Part shown: one piece after another, positions 17,322 to 26,886 of the stretch
Layout: each line of letters begins with the position of its first letter
Position numbering within the stretch: position 1 is the stretch's first letter
The notes under the pieces: model-generated
What the model was told of the DNA's origin: nothing
Seen by the model: the letters and a program-made list of their open reading frames with translations, nothing else
The model's database searches: none
Made by a program: the position numbers and the translations under genes
From: an uncultured Christensenella sp.
GTDB taxonomy: Bacteria > Bacillota > Clostridia > Christensenellales > DTU072
Assembly (NCBI GenBank): GCA_964620655.1
Contig: CAZUJW010000007.1
Coordinates: 1 to 53,267 of the forward strand
Length of the DNA stretch: 53,267 bases
Direction: 5' to 3'

Positions 17322-18305
17322 ATGGATACTTTTGAACCTAAAAAAGCGGCTTTAATTCGCATTTTACAGATTTTACAACAAAAAACAGATATAGATCATC
17401 CTTTAAAACATTGTGAAATCGTCAACATACTTGACAGAGAATACGGTTTAGCCGTAGAACGAAAAGCGATCGGTCGCAATATATCTTTACTGAACGAAGT
17501 CGGGTATGATATAGTAACCACAAAAAAAGGTTCTTATCTCGCCGAAAGGACTTTTGAAGATGCAGAACTACGACTTCTCATCGATAGTGTTTTTGCAGGA
17601 AAACACATTACCGAAAGTCATTCTCGCGACCTAATAAACAAAATATGCTCGCTGTCAAATAAATACTTTAAACCACGAGTAAAACACATCTGTCGAGTCG
17701 GCGACTGGGATAAAACAGAAAACGCCGATTTATTTTACAATATAGAAATAGTAGACGAAGCAATATCTGAAAGTAAACAGGTTTATTTCAGTTACAACAA
17801 GTACGGCCCGGATAAAAAATTGCGAGAGACATCCAAAGTGACAGCGTCACCATATCAAATGATACTTCACAATCAACGATATTACCTTATGGCTTATAAT
17901 GACTACTACAAGCAAATGAAATATTATCGGCTCGACAGAATTACGAATATCGTAATTACAGACCATGTTTTACGCTCTCTCCGTGAAATTAAAAGTTTTG
18001 AAAATGGTATAGATTATAAACGGTTTTCCGCACAAATGCCCTATATGTTCGACGATGAAATAAAATTTGTTACGTTTATTAGTGAGCCATGGGCAATAGA
18101 CCAAATTGTCGATTGGTTCGGGAAAGATATAGCCATTAACCCTCAGGACGAAAAATATTTGGTCAAAGTAAAAACGAGTTTGCGTGCCATGGAGTTTTGG
18201 GCAATGCAATATCTCAATGCCGTCGAAATACTTACGCCTATTTCCTTGCGCGATAAATTGCGAGAAAATCTGATTAACGGACTGGAAAAATACACACGGA
18301 ACTAA
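17322..18305 (+). CDS. WYL-domain transcriptional regulator (wHTH-WYL-WCX)
   Basis: N-terminal wHTH (ILQIL..ERKAIGRNISLL), SPYQM...RYYL, YRLDRI; GGAGG RBS. Confidence 0.92.
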   Translation: MDTFEPKKAALIRILQILQQKTDIDHPLKHCEIVNILDREYGLAVERKAIGRNISLLNEVGYDIVTTKKGSYLAERTFEDAELRLLIDSVFAGKHITESHSRDLINKICSLSNKYFKPRVKHICRVGDWDKTENADLFYNIEIVDEAISESKQVYFSYNKYGPDKKLRETSKVTASPYQMILHNQRYYLMAYNDYYKQMKYYRLDRITNIVITDHVLRSLREIKSFENGIDYKRFSAQMPYMFDDEIKFVTFISEPWAIDQIVDWFGKDIAINPQDEKYLVKVKTSLRAMEFWAMQYLNAVEILTPISLRDKLRENLINGLEKYTRN

Positions 18306-18322
18306 TCAAAAAACAACTACGG

Positions 18323-18955
18323 TTATTGGTTAAATTTATCTATAACGTATAAGTACTTATCCCAAAAATTCGCTTGAAAATAACCTATAGTATATACTTT
18401 CTTCGCAAACATACACGCAACGTTTTTCACTGTGTATATCGGTGCAGTTAAGACAATTTTTCCGTAAAGTACTTCTTCGTGTCTTTCTGTGACCCCTATG
18501 TCTTTACATAAATTGTGCAAGCTGTCTTTACCTACGTCTATACTATTATCGTCTCGAAGCTCTGCAAGAATGGTTTTTATCTTTTTGTGAGACGCATTAC
18601 CGATTTTTTCAAAGATTTCAAATACGAGTTTGTCTACATCATCTCTGAAAATTAGACGTTTAGGATCCTCTTTTTCATGTTTCAAGAACAGAAACATCGC
18701 AAATGTGTATTGCTTTTGCACAAAAAAACCTCTCGCCACATATTCGCTCAATTTCTCAAAATTCTCCGGCTTTATCGAACCGGACTGATACTCCGGAATA
18801 AACAGCGGAGACGAGTATCTCCCTTCTGAAAAGAGTTTCCAAGTTAATTTATCTTGGTAATTGTCGACGTAAATTCCAGTCTTAGCTTCGCAAAACCGAA
18901 TAAGTTCATTATAGTAATTAACTGTGTCATTAAAAATTATTTCGTCTTTATTCAC
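18323..18955 (-). CDS. Hypothetical protein
   Basis: 210-aa ORF with GGAG RBS, co-oriented with 18971-19819. Confidence 0.7.
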   Translation of the reverse strand: MNKDEIIFNDTVNYYNELIRFCEAKTGIYVDNYQDKLTWKLFSEGRYSSPLFIPEYQSGSIKPENFEKLSEYVARGFFVQKQYTFAMFLFLKHEKEDPKRLIFRDDVDKLVFEIFEKIGNASHKKIKTILAELRDDNSIDVGKDSLHNLCKDIGVTERHEEVLYGKIVLTAPIYTVKNVACMFAKKVYTIGYFQANFWDKYLYVIDKFNQ

Positions 18956-18970
18956 TTCTTTTTCTCCTTA

Positions 18971-19819
18971 TCAGCGTATTTCCTTATCGCATAACTTGCT
19001 TAGCAAACTTATTCGCTTATCTTCGAATATAAACACCTGTCTGCCTGTTTTTCGCATAGTCGTTATCATATCCCCAATTATTTGTTCAGATTTATTTCCG
19101 AGTTGATTTATGATAAACATCGGCGGACCTTCTGCCATCCCAAAATTATTCATGAGCATATCCGTCAGTTGATTCGCCGTAAGGAAATCAATAATTTCAA
19201 ATTGCTCTTCTTTATCCGGTGCCAATGCGTCTTCATCATATATCCCGAAAGTCATATCGCCCCACGGATCTTTGACAAATTCTACGCCGTAATTATCTAT
19301 TATGATCTTTGGCAGATCAATTGCGGAGTGTTTTACAATATTTTGCGTATTTTCGTCACCTATCGCCATCCAATAATCTAAAACTTCTTGCGTATAGTAC
19401 TTGTTCTTTGCTCCGCCGAAACAACTTACCATTCTATAACAACCGCAAAACAAATATTCTGGCAAAAAGAAAAACTTTTTCGTTTGATTGCTATTCACAG
19501 ATTCTCTTTTTTTCATATCGGTAAAGATTATTTCTTTTTTATTTTGTTCGTTAATACTATTTCCTTTATTCGGCTTTTCCCTTATAGATATACCATAAAT
19601 TTTATTCTCATGTTCGCACTCTAAATACAATTCCTCATTTGCATCAGGATTTATATCGTACGCTGTGATTATGGCAAGCCAGTCTTCACAATACAAACAA
19701 AATATATTTTTTATTGCATTAAAAAAACTTTCCATATATTTAGAGTCCAAAACAATTATTTTATCTTTTTTCTCAAATGTCAAATCAACGTTTTTTGTCC
19801 TAAAATTTTTGATATTCAT
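18971..19819 (-). CDS. Hypothetical protein, possibly a degenerate ABC/RecF-like ATPase
   Basis: GGAG RBS; IKNFR N-terminus and ..GRQVFIF C-terminus, but no intact Walker A motif. Confidence 0.65.
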   Translation of the reverse strand: MNIKNFRTKNVDLTFEKKDKIIVLDSKYMESFFNAIKNIFCLYCEDWLAIITAYDINPDANEELYLECEHENKIYGISIREKPNKGNSINEQNKKEIIFTDMKKRESVNSNQTKKFFFLPEYLFCGCYRMVSCFGGAKNKYYTQEVLDYWMAIGDENTQNIVKHSAIDLPKIIIDNYGVEFVKDPWGDMTFGIYDEDALAPDKEEQFEIIDFLTANQLTDMLMNNFGMAEGPPMFIINQLGNKSEQIIGDMITTMRKTGRQVFIFEDKRISLLSKLCDKEIR

Positions 19820-19912
19820 TTTCTCTCCTGTCCGTTTATTTTAATAATCGTTTTTAATTGTCCCGATTTTGGTACAAAATAAATGTTTTTATTATTATCA
19901 GGAGAACTGATT

Positions 19913-20293
19913 ATGCAAGAGTACAGAGTTGGAATTTTTTGGTATATTAACGACATCTTATTATCTCTCACACAACATTCTGGAAAAAGCGAGATATCTG
20001 ATTTGACCGGTAAAATAGATAGTGATTTTTCACACCGGATATGTTGGAATATATATTTCGGCGACATCTATCCCGACGCCGATTACGCAACTTTTCCGCG
20101 CGGAAGGACACTATACGATTTAAGAAAAAATCAATATATTATTTATGCTGACTGTTGTATTCCCGACAGCGTAATAGCCAAATATGCGCAAAAGAACGAC
20201 TTGTCTCCTTTTGTTGTAGCTCGCGATGTACACTATCGATGCGATAAGTGCTTAGGATTATCAACCCAAACAAGTGGGGCTGTCAAGAAATGA
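19913..20293 (+). CDS. Hypothetical protein (GIFWY..FPRGR..DVHYRC..C)
   Basis: AGGAG RBS before ATG 19913; conserved-looking His/Cys motifs. Confidence 0.7.
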   Translation: MQEYRVGIFWYINDILLSLTQHSGKSEISDLTGKIDSDFSHRICWNIYFGDIYPDADYATFPRGRTLYDLRKNQYIIYADCCIPDSVIAKYAQKNDLSPFVVARDVHYRCDKCLGLSTQTSGAVKK

Positions 20294-20312
20294 ACCTCTT
20301 AACAGCCCTTTT
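20277..20312. terminator. Bidirectional terminator
   Basis: GGGCTGTCAAGA / TCTTAACAGCCC stem between convergent genes. Confidence 0.6.
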
Positions 20313-20348
20313 GGGATATCCTTAAAATCTTATTTCAGATACCGAAAA

Positions 20349-21086
20349 TTACTTACAGTCGCAGTTTTCGCCGCAGTCGCAAGCGTCGCCGGCACAACGA
20401 CATTTCCACAAAACTCGGAATAAAACCACTGCAAGCAAGGCGCCCGACATAGGTCCTACGATAAATATCCATATCTGACTTATGGGGGCGAAGTTGCCGG
20501 CAATCATTTCAAACAAAGCGGGCGCAAGACTTCTCGCCGGATTTACGCTCGTACCGGTAAGACGGATACCGAGAAGGTGAACCATAGTAAGAGCAAGCCC
20601 TATCGTTATTCCGGTAGATAGCTTGTTTTCGGTCTTTTCGGTTACGCCGAGCACTGCGAAAACGAATGCGAACGTAAGCAAGGTTTCCACTGCGAGCGCA
20701 ACCCAGACGGAAGCGGTGCCGTAAGCGGAAGTAAGAACGGGTTGAACGGTGTTCGCTCCGAGATTGGCAAAAGAACCGAAAAACAACGCCACCGATAGCG
20801 ACCCTATTGCCGCTCCGATTATCTGGCTTAAAAAGTAACCGATGAATTCTCCGAAAGTTATTCTCTTGTCAAGCCACATAGCGAAGGAAACGGCGGGGTT
20901 TATGTGACACCCCGAAACGTGACCTACCGTAAACGACATAGTAAGACACACTAACCCGAAACCGAGAGCCGTGGCAATAATTCCCGCATTATCCGATAAG
21001 CCCGTAGCAACCGCCACGCCGCAACCGAATAAAACCAACGCCATGGTGCCTATACATTCGGCAAGGTATTTTTTCATTTTATTCAT
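20349..21086 (-). CDS. aqpZ: MIP-family channel (aquaporin Z-like)
   Basis: HINPAVS and SVNPARS motifs; start reassigned to 21086 after AAGGAG. Confidence 0.9.
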   Translation of the reverse strand: MNKMKKYLAECIGTMALVLFGCGVAVATGLSDNAGIIATALGFGLVCLTMSFTVGHVSGCHINPAVSFAMWLDKRITFGEFIGYFLSQIIGAAIGSLSVALFFGSFANLGANTVQPVLTSAYGTASVWVALAVETLLTFAFVFAVLGVTEKTENKLSTGITIGLALTMVHLLGIRLTGTSVNPARSLAPALFEMIAGNFAPISQIWIFIVGPMSGALLAVVLFRVLWKCRCAGDACDCGENCDCK

Positions 21087-21255
21087 AATAATCTCCTTTT
21101 TACGGATTTCTCCGTTCGCCTTAATTAAGACGGATACGATTATTATGTCCGAAATAAAAAAAAGTATTATTCTTGCCCGCAAAAGGACGAGAAATGAAGT
21201 TTTCCATCAAAAAACCGCCCGTAATTCACGAGCGGTTCTTCGTACGTTCGAAAAA

Positions 21256-21582
21256 TCAATCTTCGAAAAAAGTGTGCTTGGCGATCCACTTTTTCATTTT
21301 AATCGCAAGCCAGAACGAATAGATGCCGAGAGTAATTATCGTGAGTAAAACCCATTTTATGTAATTACCGAAGAGCTGTCCGCCGGTTCCGTCGAATTTA
21401 AGTCTTTTGCCCTCGATTACGGTGTGTTTCGTTTCCCAGTTGCAAACCATGCATTTTGCCCAAGGAAAGCCGAAGCCTAACGTTATTAAAGAAAGAAGCC
21501 CTCCCAATATTCTCCAGCCGAGAAGTTGAGCCAGTCCTCCGTCGAAATAGGATTCGGCTTTGTTTGTTGTTAATTCATTCAT
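21256..21582 (-). CDS. DUF898/YjgN-like small membrane protein
   Basis: FDG...L..ITLG...PWA, FDGTGGQLFG.YIKW..LTIITLGIY.FW. Confidence 0.8.
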   Translation of the reverse strand: MNELTTNKAESYFDGGLAQLLGWRILGGLLSLITLGFGFPWAKCMVCNWETKHTVIEGKRLKFDGTGGQLFGNYIKWVLLTIITLGIYSFWLAIKMKKWIAKHTFFED

Positions 21583-21705
21583 TTTGTTAAACTCTCCTTT
21601 TGTTTAATAATATCATAACTATTATATATCGACAAAAGCACAGAAAGCGTATGGCTATGGCAAATTTATAGTAAACCCGATATTGTTACGATTTATGAAG
21701 GTAGT

Positions 21706-22644
21706 TTATTCCCGAAAATCCGAACTTATGGCGAACTCGTTCAGAAGCGACGTTTTCGGGATTTCGGTTTTTGGCAATAAAGAAACTTCGTCAAGAATTT
21801 CCTTTATATCGGCGTATTTTGCTATGTCGCAGTTTTTGAATGCGTCGCCGACGCATTGTTTGTAGATAAAAAGTTCGTAATCGAAAGCGCTGTCGATAAA
21901 ATAGTCGGCGTAATCGGTGTAGGGCGTGATGTATTTCTGCTCGGCTTTCAGAACTTCGTCCCACTGGTCGGAAGTTTCTTTCAGATCGTACCCGCGGGTG
22001 TAGAAATCGCGGATAGTGCGGCGAAGCAAGCGCAGTTCGTCGGGAGAAAAAAGTTTTCCCGACGGCATAACGTAGGTCTTACGGGGTTTTATGCTGATTT
22101 TTACAATACAGGAAGAGTCGTTATTGCCGATTACCGCAGGATTTAGGGCGTGGATACCTTCGATTATCACCACGTCTTCGTCGTGAAGCCTAAGAAAAGT
22201 TTTTTCTTTTTTTCGTTCGCCTTTAAGAAAATCATATTCGGGAATTTCCACCCATTCCGAACGCAAAACGCCGCCGACTACTTCGTTAAGTAACGGTATA
22301 TCCAACGCAACGGGAGAGTCGAAGTCGCGGACCCCCGACGCAAGGAACGGCACCTTTGCGCGGTCAATGAAAAAATCGTCCATGCCGATGTAGTGAACCT
22401 TGACGCCTTTTCCTTGAAGTTCTGCGGTAAGCAAACGGGAAAACGTGGTTTTACCCGAAGAAGACGGCCCCGCCACGAGTATGATGCGAGTGCGTCTTTT
22501 GCCGTAAATTTCGTCCGCAACGACTTTAATTTGCTCTTTGAAGTGATTTTCGCAACGCATGATAAGGTCGGCGAAGTTCTTTTTCGCCGCACGCTCAACG
22601 TCAGTCCAAAGTATCTTTTGCATAATAATGTCCTCAATGCGCAT
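21706..22644 (-). CDS. Uridine/nucleoside kinase-family protein
   Basis: AGPSSSGKTT P-loop, MDDFF, IEGIHALN, RLLRR..RD..RG. Confidence 0.85.
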   Translation of the reverse strand: MRIEDIIMQKILWTDVERAAKKNFADLIMRCENHFKEQIKVVADEIYGKRRTRIILVAGPSSSGKTTFSRLLTAELQGKGVKVHYIGMDDFFIDRAKVPFLASGVRDFDSPVALDIPLLNEVVGGVLRSEWVEIPEYDFLKGERKKEKTFLRLHDEDVVIIEGIHALNPAVIGNNDSSCIVKISIKPRKTYVMPSGKLFSPDELRLLRRTIRDFYTRGYDLKETSDQWDEVLKAEQKYITPYTDYADYFIDSAFDYELFIYKQCVGDAFKNCDIAKYADIKEILDEVSLLPKTEIPKTSLLNEFAISSDFRE

Positions 22645-22819
22645 ATTACATAATATTTGCGCCGATAAATAAAGTTACTTACTATTTTACCCTAAAACTA
22701 TTAAAAAGAACATAACTCTTATAAAAATATCCGTAAAGTCCCAAAGTAAATACTACCGTTTCCGCGACTAAATTCCACTTTCTGCACGCAGCGGAATTTA
22801 CTTTTGGAAATTACTATGT

Positions 22820-22867
22820 GTTTTTGAGTGTTCCGAAAATAGAGTTTTTGAGTGTTCCGAAAATAGA
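22820..22867. repeat. Exact 24-bp tandem duplication upstream of the GPH transporter
   Basis: GTTTTTGAGTGTTCCGAAAATAGA x2. Confidence 0.9.
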
Positions 22868-22936
22868 GTTTGGTATTGAATAACGATTTTTTATGTGCTA
22901 TAATTTAATCGTTTAATAATAAAGGCAGGAGCAATT

Positions 22937-24442
22937 ATGTCAAAATTTTTATGTAAGATATTCGGTTCTACGCCGGGCGACGGCGAATTGCAACCGAAAG
23001 AAGGTTTAAGTTATTCTATCTGCGGTTTCGGGCAGAATATTATTTGCACGATAATAGGTTCTTATCTGACGATATTTATGACCGACGCGATAGGTTTCAA
23101 CGCTTTGGCGGTCGCATTCCTTATGTTAGGCGCGAGAATATACGACGCGCTGAACGATCCGATCATGGGTTCTATCGTGGACAGGACTCGTACCAAATGG
23201 GGCAAGTGCAGACCATACCTTAAGTGGATGGCTTTCCCGATAGCGGCGATGACGATTATTTGTTTCTTGCCGTGGTATCCGGCTACGACGGGCGGATTTG
23301 TCGCAATAGCGGCGATGTACGTTATTTGGGGTATGATTTACACCGTGGCGGACGTTCCTTACTGGGGACTTTCCACCGCTATGAGTAACGACACCTACCG
23401 CCGCGGGAATCTTCTCACCGTAGCAAGACTTTTCTGTACGGCGGGTGCGGGACTCGTCACGGTAATCGTTCCTATAATCACCGACAATATGACGAGCGGA
23501 TTAGACCCCGTTACGAAGTCGGAGCATTTAAGATGGATATACTTTGTAATAACGGTAATCTGCGTCGTTATAGCTACTCCGATGTTTTTCATCGGATTTC
23601 ATAACACCGTAGAACGTAATCAGTCCACGGATACTCCCCCGTCTCTTAAACACAATCTGCAACTTCTCTTTAAGAACAAACCCCTTATGCTCATAGTTTT
23701 GTCGGGTATAGGCGGCGCGGCGAGAATGTTGTTTACTTACACCGGCGGACTGTATTTTGCTAAATACGTCATGGACAAAGAGTCGATGTATTCGCTTCTT
23801 ACCATGGCGGTAGTCCCGGGCGGACTTATAGCGTCTCTTCTGGTGCCGTGGTTTACCAAAAAAATAGGTAAGAGAAAAACTTACATATATTCCCATATAT
23901 TGGGCGGTGTGGCGATGCTCGTTGCGTTTGTAGTAGGGTTTGTCTGCGACAGGGGCAACTATTCGAGCGACCTTACCATATGGATACTTATGATAGCTTT
24001 GGTAATCGCGGGTATCCCGACGGGCTTCGGCAATATCGTCACTTACGCAATGATAGGCGACACCGTAGAATATCTCGAACTTAAAACCGGCGAAAGAGCG
24101 GAAGGAATATGTTTTGCTATGCAGACCTTCATTAACAAAATCGGTATGGCGATAGGAGCGTTCGTGGGCGTGCTTGCTTATTACATGGCGGGTATCACGG
24201 CAAACGACACCGCTTCGGTCACTGCGCAGGGCAAGGACACGATGTGGTTCATGCTCGTAGGTATAGCAGCGATAAGTTTCTTCCTTACCATAGTACCGTT
24301 GTTCTTCTATAGGTTTGACGAAAAAGAACAGCAAGAAGCAGTAGCCGAAATAAAACGTCGAAAAGAAGCGGCTTTGGAAGGAATAAACGAAGTCGCAGAA
24401 ACGACGGAAACCGCGGAACCCGAGAACGAAGAAAACGAATAA
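22937..24442 (+). CDS. GPH-family (MFS_2) glycoside:cation symporter
   Basis: DALNDPIMGSIVDRTRTKWGKCRPY, DVPYW, MIGDTVEY..TG.RAEG. Confidence 0.93.
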   Translation: MSKFLCKIFGSTPGDGELQPKEGLSYSICGFGQNIICTIIGSYLTIFMTDAIGFNALAVAFLMLGARIYDALNDPIMGSIVDRTRTKWGKCRPYLKWMAFPIAAMTIICFLPWYPATTGGFVAIAAMYVIWGMIYTVADVPYWGLSTAMSNDTYRRGNLLTVARLFCTAGAGLVTVIVPIITDNMTSGLDPVTKSEHLRWIYFVITVICVVIATPMFFIGFHNTVERNQSTDTPPSLKHNLQLLFKNKPLMLIVLSGIGGAARMLFTYTGGLYFAKYVMDKESMYSLLTMAVVPGGLIASLLVPWFTKKIGKRKTYIYSHILGGVAMLVAFVVGFVCDRGNYSSDLTIWILMIALVIAGIPTGFGNIVTYAMIGDTVEYLELKTGERAEGICFAMQTFINKIGMAIGAFVGVLAYYMAGITANDTASVTAQGKDTMWFMLVGIAAISFFLTIVPLFFYRFDEKEQQEAVAEIKRRKEAALEGINEVAETTETAEPENEENE

Positions 24443-24475
24443 ATAACAAATAACAATATATAAGGAAAAGGCATT

Positions 24476-24943
24476 ATGATAGCTACGTTACCAAAAAATT
24501 TCGCTTTATGTGGCGACGCGCCGTTGTTCGGAACGGCAAATCCCGCCCTTAAACTGACTCCAGTGACGGGCGGAGTGATGCTGTACGAACAAACAAACGA
24601 TTCTCTCATAGGGCAGGTCTTTTTCGACAAGAAGGAAAAGACCGCTACCGCGAGCATAGCCGAAGGAAAAACTTTTTCGGTAAGAAAGGACGGCAAAATC
24701 TGCGTGATAGAGTCCATTGACGGGCATAGCGCGGTTTCGGATTACGTCGTGTTCGGCAATTGCGACAAGTACGAATACACCGTTTATGAGTACGTTAACG
24801 GAAAGGTTCAGCCGATAGTCGCTCTTCAGGTGACTTCCGATCCGACGAAAGAGAACTTTTACGACGTGTATTTTAATGAAGAACGCAACCTTATTAAAGG
24901 GGTTCTTATAGCCGCCGCGATAAACGGACTCGTAAGACTGTAA
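24476..24943 (+). CDS. Hypothetical protein
   Basis: 155-aa ORF co-oriented with the transporter and followed by a terminator. Confidence 0.7.
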   Translation: MIATLPKNFALCGDAPLFGTANPALKLTPVTGGVMLYEQTNDSLIGQVFFDKKEKTATASIAEGKTFSVRKDGKICVIESIDGHSAVSDYVVFGNCDKYEYTVYEYVNGKVQPIVALQVTSDPTKENFYDVYFNEERNLIKGVLIAAAINGLVRL

Positions 24944-24966
24944 AATTAAATTATTCAAACGGAAAG

Positions 24967-24993
24967 AAACGCGTCGGTAAAGACGCGTTTTTT
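24967..24993 (+). terminator. Rho-independent terminator
   Basis: AAACGCGTC / GACGCGTTT plus T tract. Confidence 0.8.
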
Positions 24994-25069
24994 CATACCC
25001 CGACGGGTTGATAAAGATACGAAAATATGGTAATATAATTAAAAGAAGTTCTTATAAGGAAGCGAGAAT

Positions 25070-25999
25070 ATGAATATCCAATATCTTAAATATGCGGTGG
25101 AAATAGCGAAAAGGGGTTCTATAAACAAGACGTCGGAAGAGTTGTTCGTGGCGCAACCCAATTTGTCCAGAGCGATAAAAGAGTTGGAAAAAGAACTTAA
25201 CATAATTATTTTCGACAGAAACGCTAAAGGAATGACTTTGACTCCCGACGGAGAAAGGCTCATTCAGTACGGCAAGAGGATATTGAGCGAAATCGAAGCA
25301 GTGGAAAGGACTTTCAAAAATCCCGACGGAAACAGGAAGCGTTTTTCCATATCCGTTCCGAGAGCGAGTTATATAGGGGAAGCCTTTGCGGCGTTCACTC
25401 TTACGGCGGCGAACGAAAACGACGTCGAAATTATGTATAAAGAAACCAATTCTTCCCGCGCGATAAAGAATATTCAGGAAGAAAACTATAATCTCGGCAT
25501 AATAAGGTACACCGAAGGGTACGACAAGTATTACAAGCAGACTTTGGACGATAAGGATTTCGCATACGAACTCATCACCGAATTCAGGTACGTTCTTATT
25601 ATGAATAAGGATTGTCCGCTGGCGACAAAAGACGAAATACTATATTCCGATTTGGAAAACTATATAGAGATAGCTCACGCCGACCCGTACGTTCCCGCAT
25701 TGCCCCTTGCGGCGGTAAAAAAAGAAGAACTCCCCGACAATATCCGTAGGAGAGTGTTCGTATTCGAGAGAGCGAGTCAGTTCGAGGTGCTGTCGGCGAA
25801 TAAAGAAGCCTTTATGTGGGTATCTCCCGTTCCTGACGATACTCTCGAAAGATACAGTCTTGTACAAAGAGTCTGCAAAGAGAACGTAAAGGTATACAAA
25901 GACGTAATGATAAGAAAGAAAAATTACGAATTTTCCGAGCTCGATAAGGCTTTTATTACCGAATTGTGCAAATTAAAAAGAAATATTTTCAGTGAGTAA
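25070..25999 (+). CDS. LysR-family regulator
   Basis: GSINKTSEELFVAQPNLSRAIKELEKEL...F.R..KGMTLTPDG. Confidence 0.93.
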   Translation: MNIQYLKYAVEIAKRGSINKTSEELFVAQPNLSRAIKELEKELNIIIFDRNAKGMTLTPDGERLIQYGKRILSEIEAVERTFKNPDGNRKRFSISVPRASYIGEAFAAFTLTAANENDVEIMYKETNSSRAIKNIQEENYNLGIIRYTEGYDKYYKQTLDDKDFAYELITEFRYVLIMNKDCPLATKDEILYSDLENYIEIAHADPYVPALPLAAVKKEELPDNIRRRVFVFERASQFEVLSANKEAFMWVSPVPDDTLERYSLVQRVCKENVKVYKDVMIRKKNYEFSELDKAFITELCKLKRNIFSE

Positions 26000-26020
26000 T
26001 ACAAAATTATAAATCCGCAC

Positions 26021-26045
26021 AACCGTCCTCATAAGGCGGTTTTTT
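26021..26045 (+). terminator. Rho-independent terminator
   Basis: AACCG(T)CCT / AGGCGGTT plus T tract. Confidence 0.65.
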
Positions 26046-26122
26046 CGTATATACGCTCGTTTTGTAGCGATAGTATACAATTCTACGGAAGATTTAATAA
26101 ACGGTTTTGGCGGAAATATCAT

Positions 26123-26140
26123 TTGATAAAGTTATATCGA
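26123..26140. promoter_or_regulatory. Possible Rex operator
   Basis: TTGATAA-AGTT-ATATCGA loosely matches the clostridial TTGTTAA-N4-TTAACAA consensus, upstream of rex-adhE. Confidence 0.35.
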
Positions 26141-26241
26141 TAATGATATATCGATATACAAAATAAGTAATTCCTTTCTTGACAAAGGTTTGATATAATG
26201 ATAAAGGTGGAGAAAAAGGAAAGGAAAAAAGGAGGTTTTCC

Positions 26242-26859
26242 GTGACGGATAGCAAAATATCGAAATCGGCTATGGTAAGATTACCGGTGTATTTGCATTA
26301 TCTCAATTCTTTGCGTTGCGACCCCGAAGCGACCATATCGTCGGGGGCTATCGCCAAAGCCGTGGGCTTAGGGGAAGTTCAGGTAAGGAAAGACCTTGCC
26401 ACGGTGAGCGGCAGCGGAAAACCGAAAATAGGGTATAAAGTAGCGGAGTTGGTAGGACACTTACAGAAAGCGCTCGACTGTTCTTCAATGAAAAAAGCCG
26501 TAATTGTCGGCGCCGGGAGATTAGGGTGCGCGCTTTTGTCGTACGAAGGGTTTTCGGAATACAATCTTTGCATAAAGGCGGCGTTCGATTCCAACGGCGA
26601 AAAGGCTATGACCGAAATTAACGGCAAAATGGTGTTTCCTATGTCGGAACTGGAAAGTTATTGCAGGGACGAAGATATATCGATAGGGATAATAACCGTT
26701 CCCGAAAAGCAGGCGCAGGAAGTATGCGACAGTCTCGTTAAGTGCGGAGTAAAAGCTATATGGAGTTTCGCCCCGGCAAAACTTATCGTACCCGACGGCA
26801 TAATGATTAAAGAAGAAAACATGGCATCTTCTCTTGCGGTATTGTCCGCAAGTATATAG
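26242..26859 (+). CDS. rex: Redox-sensing transcriptional repressor Rex
   Basis: RLPVY, QVRKDLA..G.G.P..GY, IVGAGRLG.AL, GIITVP..AQEV. Confidence 0.95.
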   Translation: MTDSKISKSAMVRLPVYLHYLNSLRCDPEATISSGAIAKAVGLGEVQVRKDLATVSGSGKPKIGYKVAELVGHLQKALDCSSMKKAVIVGAGRLGCALLSYEGFSEYNLCIKAAFDSNGEKAMTEINGKMVFPMSELESYCRDEDISIGIITVPEKQAQEVCDSLVKCGVKAIWSFAPAKLIVPDGIMIKEENMASSLAVLSASI

Positions 26860-26886
26860 AAAAAAATAAACCGAAAGGAGAGTATT

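Noticed and set aside
23528-24334. 268-aa antisense ORF (also 26521-27321 and 27583-28209)
   Set aside because: Shadows of the GPH transporter and rex/adhE; no motifs or RBS.
26179-26199. TTGACA..TATAAT promoter for rex
   Set aside because: Only 9 bp separate the boxes, so they are not a canonical pair.
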